Below are positions 11,917 to 20,000 of a stretch of 20,000 bases of DNA, in pieces. Positions within the stretch are counted from its first letter, which is position 1; each line of letters starts with the position of its first letter. The position numbers were made by a program, and so were the translations under genes. Origin of the DNA: Coniocarpon cinnabarinum (taxonomy: Eukaryota); NCBI GenBank assembly GCA_051942205.1, contig JAVECO010000017.1:181541-201540 (forward strand), in the 5' to 3' direction. Below the pieces are notes generated by a model. That model did not search any database, was not told the origin of the DNA, and was given only the letters and a program-made list of their open reading frames with translations.

Positions 11917-14020
11917 ATGTGGAATGACGAGGACAACAACCCCTATGGCTCCTTTGAGCGACGGGATTCTGATTTAGGGTCTCCCACATCTCGTATGTCG
12001 TAGTATTATTTGCGGAAACAAGCTCCAGTACGCTGACAACCACTTGAGGCTTCCAACGCCCCGCCACCCCCCCTTCCGACGATGAATCCCAACACAGCCA
12101 AGCCGTAGCGGATTTACCTCAGGACACAAATGGCGAGAATGGTGGGAATGACGAGGAAGCGCTTGCTGCTGGTAGTGGCCAAATACAGAAGAAGAACAGC
12201 TACGAAAGCAGGATAGAGCGACTATTGTACGAGCACCCCAACCTGCACATCCAGATTACGAACGCAGGCAAGAACATGGAAGGAGGTGGGAATTACATCG
12301 TGTATACGATTAGAGTCTATGTTAGCAAATCTCAGAACTGCGTGCGCAAAGTTGCTAAAGCTGACATATACTGTACTTAGGACATTGAGGTTCGAAGACG
12401 ATACTCGGACTTCTATTCATTACGGTCCACCCTTGTCAGCCTACATCCTACGCTCATTATTCCTCCGATTCCAGAAAAGCATTCAATGGCAGACTACGCC
12501 GCCAAGCCCACGAAAGCCAAAGAAGACGAAGCCATAATCGAGCATCGCAAGCGAATGTTAACGTCTTTCCTGAACCGATGCAAACGCCAGCAAGACATCC
12601 TTGACGACGGTGTCTTCTGGAAATTTTTGGATCCACACGCCAGTTGGGTGAGAATGCTCAACGGATCTGCGGGTTTCGGAGGTGCTAATCATTCCCAGAG
12701 TGAAATATTGCGCTCTGCACCCATCATTTCAATACCCAAAAACAACTTGCGCGCCCCACCACTCGACGCTTCGAACCCTACATCTGGTCATCAATATCTC
12801 CCAATACCATCGTCAACTGCCAAATTAAAGTCAGCAGGCAAGGAACAGACCTCCTTAGGTACGCCTGCTTCAGGGCCCCCCACGGGCTCATTGCCCTCCA
12901 CTGCAGCGCACACCCCCATACCTGGTCCTCAAATATTCGGGCGCTTTCCTCCTCCGTCCACAACGCAACTGTCGGAGGCAGAGTTGGATCCGTATTTCGT
13001 GAACTTCGAAGCTACCTCACGGGAGTTGGAGCACCTCTTACAGGGCAACGTTGACAAAGTCAATAAGCGCATGCTAAGCCATTTTCACTCCTATGCTGAC
13101 GATCTCGCTGAGCTTGGTGCGCGATTTAATGGCTTTTCACTGTCCGAGCAGTCTCCTTCTCTTGCAGCAGCCATTGAAAAGGTTGGCCAAGCAGTCGACT
13201 CCACGTACATGGCTACCTCAGACCTCTCAGCCAACCTCAGTGCTGGCTTTTCGGAGCCCATGAGAGAATCCGCTCAATTTGCAGGAATAGTTCGTTCCGT
13301 ACTGAGATATCGCATACTCAAACGTGTGCAAGAGGAGATGACGCGTGACGAATTAGACAAAAAGCGTGCTCTTATTGAGCAGCTGGAACGATCGGAGGTC
13401 GAAGCCAAGCGCATTGACGCTCACTTGGAGAGCAGTGGCTTTCTACCCGAGCGGGGAGCACCAAAGAGGTCATTTTCGACCGGATCTACCCGCAGTGATA
13501 GGAGTCGCAATGCATCTGAAGCAGACAATGACTCTATTGACTCTGATTTTGCATCGACAACCCAAAGCCGTCCACCTTCGTCACGTGCGTCGACGAGTCC
13601 ACAACCTAAGTCGGAACATCGTAAGACGATCAGCGGCAATTTTGTCACAAACAAGATCTTCGGTAGACTCAGTCACACGTTCCAAGGCATGGTCGATGTT
13701 GATCCAGAAAGAACCCGTCGTGACCAAATGGGAAAAACAAAGGAGTCGCTAAGCCAGCTAGAAATGGCGCTAGAAGTGTCAGAGAAGGACGTCAAGGACG
13801 CCAGCCGTGGCGTATTAAAAAGCTTGCAAGGTTTTCAGAAGGAGAAAGAGGAGGATCTACGGACTTGCATGGTAAGTGCTGGAGCCCTTTCTATCTCGGT
13901 TTGCGACGCTCACCATCGTAGATATCGTATGCTCGTTCACACGTGGAGTGGGCACGCAAGAATCTCACTTCGTGGGAAGAGGCCAAAGCAGAGGCCGATG
14001 CCATTCACATACAAGCTTAG
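11917..14020 (+). CDS. SNX41: PX-BAR sorting nexin (Snx41/Atg20 subfamily), about 628 aa
   Basis: Exons 11917-11992, 12049-12320, 12381-12647, 12699-13871, 13922-14020 (sum 1887 nt). N-terminus MWNDEDNNPYG. PX motifs YIVYTIR, EVRRRYSDFYSLRSTLVSLHPTLIIPPIPEKH, IIEHRKRMLTSFLNR. BAR region ELGARFNGFSL...AIEKVGQAVD. C-terminus EWARKNLTSWEEAK. Confidence 0.92.
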
Positions 14021-14812
14021 GTATCAAAAGCGCACTGCTAGCCATAGCCAGTCAGATCGAGCCTTTGCGAAACACACCCCCTGGTCGACTTCATTCATTT
14101 CCACATTCATCACTAGAACGCTTCGAGTCAAGCGTTTGATGCACCTGTCACCGGGACTGCGCTTGCGTGCAAAGCCCGATTCGCTAAGGTAAGCGAGCAG
14201 ACCGCATACTACTAAAGGAAAATGCGGCTTTCTCACGTGGCCCGATTTGGTAAGGCAAGGCGTTAATCGGCATGGTGGGACTAAGTGCTCGCCATCGCCA
14301 ACTTCCACCCACTTGTGACGAGCACGAATGCTATGTCAATACGACAGGTGTCCTCTGGTGGCACAATGGCTTGCCCCGTTCCTGTTTCCTTCACTGAAAG
14401 GCGGCGACTGTGCTTCAATGTTTGAAGTACGCCCAACCGTCTTGCGGTTGCAGAAGGACCTCAATGCTCAAAGCTCACCCACCATTTGAGTGTCTTCCGC
14501 TTTAACAATACACGTAATACTGTTGAATGAAAGGGTCCCAGCCGCGGACATGTCTGACCTGCCGAAAGCGCCCGTGTTTACCTTCACTTCCGCCAATGAC
14601 CTATTCGGCATGGACAGACGACGGCTTCACGTTATTGCCTAACATGATGCCACTCTCGCCGCCCGCGATTGCGCACACCAGGAAGGTCCCGACGGCGGCT
14701 GCTCTTTGGCTAGTCGCGGCTATTGTTAGGTGTAGTCGTTTCCGATTTCCCCTTTGTGCTTCCCTTTACCACATTGTTTGCGATAACTTGTCATGAAGTG
14801 CATGAAGCGGAC

Positions 14813-16013
14813 ATGAGAATGTTTATGCATATTTTATTTGCCCTTTGCCCCGTGTGTATCGCAAGCCAAGATAGCAATAGTGTTCCCAGCAGCTATCCTG
14901 CTTCTTTGCCCTCCCCCACGAATAGCCAACTCAACATCTTCGCATTGTATGTACATGCGCGTCGCATCGACAGTCAATGACATGCTTATCCTGTACTCTT
15001 AGCGGGTCATCATGGAGCGACAACAATTTCGATCCAACGGGCACGCAGCCATCGCCCGCCAGGCCGTTGGGTAATCCAGGATGGGACGACACCCACAACA
15101 GTCAGGGAGGCCCGAATTACCTCAGATACCTGACCGAGGTCTACAACACGACCACGACGCTACTCTATGATTTGGCGCGGGCAGGCGCCACGATTGACAA
15201 TGACGTTGTGAATGGCGGTGTGCCCGATCTGAGTGAGTTATCACGCTGATCCGACTAGTATTGTCTGTGCTACACCAGCCCTTCGTCGATGTTGCAGTCT
15301 ACTATCAGGCGCATCGCTCGCACAGTCTCTTGATGTATGCAGCCACATGGAGAGCATTGCTAACTACTGGAACACTTAGTTGATCAAGTCGGGCAAAGCT
15401 TCACGCCACAATACTCTGAACTCAAGGATAGAGATTGGAGGAGCGATAACACCATCTTCAACGTCTGGATGGCGGACAACGATGTCTACAGGGGTTACAA
15501 CGAAAGTGATTACGATACACTGGTCGACAACCTGATGCATTCGTACTGGGACGTGGCGATCGCTCAGCTATACCGCCAAGGGGCGCGGAAGTTCCTGTTC
15601 GTGAACGTGCCCGCGCAGGAGCGAAGTCCCCTCGTGGCCGTTGAAGGACCGCACATGGACATTGATAAATACCTGGCGCTGAAGTGGAAGTTCAACGACG
15701 CGCTGGCAGAGAGAATTCAGAAGTTTCAGTGGGAGCACGGAGACGAGGTGAGTCGGTCAGCAAGCATACTTGATCAGTAGCTATCACGACACTAACGCGT
15801 TGCTGTGCACAGGTGCAAACAGCATTCTTCAACTCCAGTGCCTGGCTCAACCCCATCCTCGACCACCCTCAACAGTACGGATTCAACGAGAATAGCCTCT
15901 GTCTGCCACCAGCTCAAGGCTGCATCTGGAACAACGACTTCCACTTGGTGCCGGACGCGCACAAGCTGATGGCGGAGGCGATGCTGGAGCCGCTCAAGAC
16001 GATAGGGTTCTGA
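14813..16013 (+). CDS. Secreted SGNH/GDSL-type hydrolase, carbohydrate esterase family 16-like (acetylesterase), about 310 aa
   Basis: Exons 14813-14946, 15003-15232, 15380-15747, 15813-16013 (sum 933 nt); introns of 56, 147 and 65 nt. Signal-peptide-like N-terminus MRMFMHILFALCPVCIASQD. Block I IFAFGSSWSD, GGPNY..YLT..YN, block II YDLARAGATID, block III WMADNDV, LYRQGARKFLFVNVP...RSP, block V CIWNNDFH. Confidence 0.85.
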
Positions 16014-16498
16014 TGATAACATGCATTGGAGGACAATAGCCAGGGCTGTGAATGAATGATTGTATGAGGTGAGAATGATGGAATGCCAAGCCGTAGACGC
16101 CATGCAGAATGACGTTGAATGCTGCACCATCCTCCACCACCTGCACCACTTTGCTTCTCTTCTTGCGCGCTCTTCTCCTTGCGCCAATGTCACTTCTGCA
16201 TGCTCTTGCTCCACTTGCTCCGGAACCCCTGAATTTTTTCCGTCGCAAGATCTTCCACACCCCAGCAGTGCACGCGGCCTCGCAATCAGAGCTCATCTGC
16301 CACTGACGCCTTTTCGAGTCTTTGAATCCTCCCGCACTCAGCTGGCTTGGCACACCAGCTCACGTTCCTATTGCGCCTCTCCGCTACACCTTACCAGCAC
16401 AGAACCAGCACAGATTCAACGCGTCAATTCCGAGTCTTCAAGGCCACTGTGGTCGATCGATCCCAGCCCGCACCCACAGAAACCCGCATAATTCCCAA

Positions 16499-17698
16499 AT
16501 GTCCAACAAAAACGAGTCCACTCCCGGCCCTGGCCCCGACCTTCCCCCACTATTCCCCCAACCCAACACAACCTCCCTCGTACAGTCACCTTCGCCCGCA
16601 GATCCTTCTTCAGAAGACCCCGTCACGCGCTCCCTCGCCCACGGCACGCTCAAGACCGCTGACGACGACGACACCGCCCCCCTACACCGCTCCTCTCACC
16701 TCTCCGCAGACTCCCACTCCCACAGCGACCCCAGCTCGCCGTCACACGCCAAATGCCCCACGTCGCCATCGCACAATCGTACCTCTTCCACAGCGTTGAG
16801 AGGAGGGTCGCACTCTGCGATGAGTGTCCTCGACTTGCTACGTGGACGAGGCCAGGCGCCGTATGATGATGACGAAGACGACGACGAGGAGATGGGCGAC
16901 TCGCCGTTTTTCGCGTCGCGTGCCGGCGGTGGAGCAGGCGGCATGCCGTTGGGCGCCTTCCGCGCGCCACAAGGAAATCGCGCGTCCGATATGCGCAAAG
17001 AGTTGCGGGAGTTGCACCCGTACGCAACGACGTTGGGACCAGGTGATGTGGCCGCCGTGTGTGCGCTTGAGCGCGCCTGTTTCGAGGGGGAGGCTGCGGC
17101 CAGCTCGGAGAAGATTGCGTATCGGATGGGTGTGGCAGGGGAGTTGACACTGGGATTATTCAGCAGTGCGTGGGAAAATGGGGGAACGAAAGAAGGGGAG
17201 GGCGTATTGAGTGCGGTCACGGCCGCGGATGCGAAGCAGATTCATGATGGGTACTCGGGAGGTGCGGTGGAGAATGCGCGGAGAACGGTGTTGTTGGCTG
17301 CAGTGGTGGCGACCAAGTCCGCGAATACGCTGGCGCAGGAGTCGGATTTCCAGATCCCAGAGTCGCATGGACAGCGTACGGACGTCAACACCTCTGACAC
17401 AGCGGCATCGCCAAGATCGGGCCATAACGAGGCTGGTCGGACACTCATCTTACACTCGCTCGCTGTCGCACCGTCGTATCAACGTCTCGGTCTGGGAACA
17501 ATCCTCCTCAAAGCATACGTCAATCGCATCATGGAGTCAGACGTCGCCGACCGCATTGCGATTTTGACGCAGCAGCGACTCATGCCGTGGTATGCGCGGA
17601 TGGGATTCGAAGAGCGCGGCAAGAGTGATGTCCAGATTGCAGGTGGAGGATGGGTGAACATGGTGTATGAATTCGCGGGGAAGAAAGGTGATGACTGA
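16499..17698 (+). CDS. PAA1: GNAT N-acetyltransferase, polyamine/arylalkylamine acetyltransferase (Paa1/AANAT)-like, with long low-complexity N-terminus, about 399 aa
   Basis: Intronless ORF; first in-frame ATG at 16499, alternative ATG at 16820. Motifs LHPYATTL...DVAAVCALERACF...ASSEKIAYRM...ELTLGLFS and GHNEAGRTLILHSLAVAPSYQRLGLGTILLKAY...ADRIAIL...WYARMGF (acetyl-CoA-binding Q/RxxGxG motif). Confidence 0.8.
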   Translation: MSNKNESTPGPGPDLPPLFPQPNTTSLVQSPSPADPSSEDPVTRSLAHGTLKTADDDDTAPLHRSSHLSADSHSHSDPSSPSHAKCPTSPSHNRTSSTALRGGSHSAMSVLDLLRGRGQAPYDDDEDDDEEMGDSPFFASRAGGGAGGMPLGAFRAPQGNRASDMRKELRELHPYATTLGPGDVAAVCALERACFEGEAAASSEKIAYRMGVAGELTLGLFSSAWENGGTKEGEGVLSAVTAADAKQIHDGYSGGAVENARRTVLLAAVVATKSANTLAQESDFQIPESHGQRTDVNTSDTAASPRSGHNEAGRTLILHSLAVAPSYQRLGLGTILLKAYVNRIMESDVADRIAILTQQRLMPWYARMGFEERGKSDVQIAGGGWVNMVYEFAGKKGDD

Positions 17699-18177
17699 GA
17701 AGGTGACTGGATATCAAAGAATGAGAGCACATTTGAAGCGACTCCGCATGGAAGACTCTTGAGAGAGGCGATGAGAAGATACGACCGCTACTAAGCCAGA
17801 GACTAGTCCGGGGTGTTCGAGGATTGTACGACAACGATGCAGACTGTGAATGTACAAGATGACTGCGTCTGTCGCTTGTCCGAACGAATGGTCGATTTGA
17901 ACATTACCCACAGAGGCGGTGATCGAGTATCTGGTAAGAGGATGGTGTTGCAACGCCAGAAATGCAGATGAAGAGTCTATGTAAGATTATACTTGACATA
18001 CCACAGTAAGAAAATTGAAAAAGGAATCTAGTGGCAAATTTTTCAATTCGTGAGCTGTGCAAGAGGGCAGCTTCACCAGCTTAACATCTCCAAACGAATA
18101 TCATCACTCACGTAACCCTTGACCACATGAGCAGCGGTATTCAGACGACATTGGCCATGAGTCTCCAAAGAATTGTC

Positions 18178-18301
18178 ACTTCAAACGTACCAACGGTGAC
18201 AGACATCGCCATTCGACGACATTCGGCCCACAGTCGATGCAGCAACATCTAACCGACACCGCCACAAATGACAGTATTTGTCACCGTTGTATGCCTGAAG
18301 C
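18178..18301. repeat. Degenerate inverted repeat (about 35-bp arms), MITE-like or element-end remnant
   Basis: Left arm 18178-18213 versus reverse complement of right arm 18267-18301: 26/35 identical, 1 gap, all 9 mismatches transitions. Perfect 11-bp core CAACGGTGACA / TGTCACCGTTG. Confidence 0.6.
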
Positions 18302-18311
18302 AGACTCCAAA

Positions 18312-18830
18312 TCAAGACTTGTTCTCCAATTTCTTGCCCACTTGTCGACGCCCGTTGTCAACATTCTCTTCCTCCGCGATTCCTTGCCTTGATGCGTCAG
18401 GAGTTCATATCGTCTACCTCGCTCGTTCCTCATCACCACGCACCGTCCCGCTCTGTTATCGGCTCTTCTATCGATTCCTTCTCTCGTGTTCAGCTGCGAG
18501 AAGATCCTCCAATTTGATCTCTGGAGTCCTTTTCGTCTGTACTCTCCCGTTGTTGGCCTCGCGCACCGTCCTCCTTTATCCTTTGCTTTCGTCGTTTGCT
18601 CTCATCTTTTGCTCTTGCTATTTGCGCTGGTTAGATTCGAAGAAGGCGGCGTTTGCTTGTGTCTGCTATTTTATTTACTACGATGCCTTTATCTCGATCG
18701 CCGCTTCACGCTACTTTACCTAACGCCACTTTACCTAACGCTACTTCACCTATCGCTGCTTCACCTAACACTGCTTCACCTAACACTACTTCACCTTACA
18801 TATTACTTTATCTAACGCCACTTTAGCCTC
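18312..18830 (-). pseudogene. RIP-type mutated ORF for a charged (E/K/R/Q-rich) protein with QVK(Q/R)R repeats
   Basis: One minus-strand frame reads REAAIEIKAS**IK*QTQANAAFFESNQRK*QEQKMRANDESKG*RRTVREANNGRVQTKRTPEIKLEDLLAAEHERRNR*KSR*QSGTVRGDEERAR*TI*TPDASRQGIAEEENVDNGRRQVGKKLENKS*. Eight of nine internal stops are TAA/TAG, revertible to CAA/CAG. Confidence 0.6.
18708..18825. repeat. 15-bp tandem repeat, about 7-8 degenerate copies (consensus CTAACGCTACTTCAC)
   Basis: ctactttacc taacgccactttacc taacgctacttcacc tatcgctgcttcacc taacactgcttcacc taacactacttcacc. Copies differ mainly by C/T and G/A transitions. Confidence 0.85.
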
Positions 18831-19180
18831 CCTTCTACTTATTTCTTCGCCTACATGTCTCTTACTCAAATCCTATATCCATAAATCCCATATCTATCAT
18901 TCTTACTATTCTCGTACAAATAAATATAACAATCCCAAAACACTGCCACAATTCCAATCTTGTAACCTTAAAGACAGTAGCGTTCCTTCCCCCTCCAGAC
19001 TTGCCAGCGAGACTCTAGACTAAGTTAAGAACGACATCGTAAGTGTTTCACCGTCCGAGATCTACAACTAGACCTCTATTAGGAGCTTTGCCATCGGTGA
19101 TAGTGTGGATGTCGCTGAATTCTGCGGCAGTTGAATGAGATAAGTAGGATAGAATAGAATGCGCTGTGATGATAGTAATT

Positions 19181-19241
19181 TGTATTTGTGATGATTTGTA
19201 TTTGTAATGATCTGTATTTGTGATGATCTGTATTTATGATC
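19181..19241. repeat. 16-bp tandem repeat, about 4 copies (TGTATTTGTGATGATY)
   Basis: tgtatttgtgatgatt tgtatttgtaatgatc tgtatttgtgatgatc tgtatttatgatc. Confidence 0.85.
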
Positions 19242-19439
19242 GTTTATACTATCAGACGTACGTACACGCTAACACCTGTCTTTATAGTCTTTTCTCTATA
19301 CATACCTTTCTGCGCTCCCCCTTTTTTGTGGATCAGCCATACACAGCACAGAGCGTCTTTGACTGAGCCATTGAGGATGATTCTCTTTGCGCGTTCCACG
19401 TCGTTGATGGTACCTCGTTAAGACGGAACTTTGACTTTT

Positions 19440-20000
19440 CCTCTTCTTTTACCTAGAACGGCCGCCTCCTTCACCTACGCCAGCTTCCCCAGCTCTCAGG
19501 AAACCAAGAAATGCGTAATACAAGAATTAATACTGCTTCGTACGTCGCCTCGTTATATTTATAGCCTCTAGCGCTCTACCTGTAGCACCCTCACTTTTTT
19601 CACCTCGTTCACCTCTTTTACATTCTCACCTACGCCGCCACCCGCCGCCTTTAATCCAAGAACCAATACAAAGCGCAAAAGATAGCAATGCTGCGTAATT
19701 AATCTTAATGTTGTTCGTAATTCGTAATCGCATATACGTCGTTTCATATCTACAGCCTCTAGCTCCACTCATTACAATCGCTTTCGAGGTCTCTCTTGCC
19801 ACCGAGGCCAGTGCGCCGACCTCTTTATACGACGCCGGGACTTGGAGGACCGCTTCTCTCGTTTGCGCGTCTGTCTGAGGTCTCGTCGACAGTGTGCATG
19901 ATCCCCGAGTTGCCTCTCCCGTCTTCCTCTCTTGATTCACGTCTTTCACCTCCTTCACCTACTTGCCCCGCACCACTAACGTCACCCACGCCACCGCCCC
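19440..20000 (-). pseudogene. Degenerate, probably RIP-affected coding-like or repeat-derived sequence continuing off the right edge
   Basis: Short minus-strand frames rich in EVK/EVN units (VKEVKDVNQERK; ENVKEVNEVKKVR) interleaved with TpA-rich patches. Shares the TCACCTA core with the 18.7-kb tandem repeat. No recognisable transposase or RT motif. Confidence 0.35.

Noticed and set aside
13872..14192. C-terminal extension of the 568-aa ORF (VSAGALSISV...KPDSLR)
   Set aside because: Read-through of the intron 13872-13921. The spliced frame gives the family-like end and stops at 14020.
14813..17698. Adjacent esterase and acetyltransferase as an acetylation/deacetylation module or metabolite cluster
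   Set aside because: One is predicted secreted and the other cytosolic and widely conserved. No backbone enzyme, transporter or regulator is nearby, and adjacency alone is not evidence.
18013..18048. 10-bp inverted repeat AATTGAAAAA/TTTTTCAATT
   Set aside because: AT-rich low-complexity stem downstream of the GNAT gene. Fungi do not use intrinsic hairpin terminators, so it is likely chance.
18268..18815. Hydrophobic plus-strand ORFs (151 aa and 109 aa, LTLLH repeats) resembling membrane proteins
   Set aside because: They are antisense shadows of the E/K/R-rich minus-strand pseudo-ORF and of the 15-bp tandem repeat.
18708..19241. Tandem repeats considered as a CRISPR array or telomeric repeats
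   Set aside because: No unique spacers, eukaryotic context, no cas genes, and no TTAGGG arrays.

Overview
Eukaryotic, intron-containing DNA from a filamentous ascomycete (Pezizomycotina-type). Introns are short (mostly 46-65 nt) GT..AG with CTRAC/GCTAAC branch points. Positions 1-17.7 kb are gene-dense and mostly housekeeping: TIM23 (-) head-to-head with an 8-exon THADA/Trm732-family (DUF2428) gene (+), an 82-aa spliced single-TM orphan gene (+), aspartate kinase HOM3 (+) with a perfect Gcn4/CpcA site upstream, PX-BAR sorting nexin SNX41 (+), a secreted SGNH/CE16-like esterase with altered motifs (+), and a PAA1/AANAT-like GNAT acetyltransferase (+). From about 18.18 kb the sequence changes character: a transition-decayed inverted repeat, a minus-strand pseudo-ORF riddled with TAA/TAG stops that revert to CAA/CAG (RIP signature), and 15-bp and 16-bp tandem repeats. 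I found no convincing novel multi-gene system. The best leads are the hidden spliced micro-membrane protein, the RIP-killed repeat-protein gene with its flanking hairpin, and the divergent esterase active site. All splice models were derived by hand and checked for frame only; none is confirmed by RNA data.
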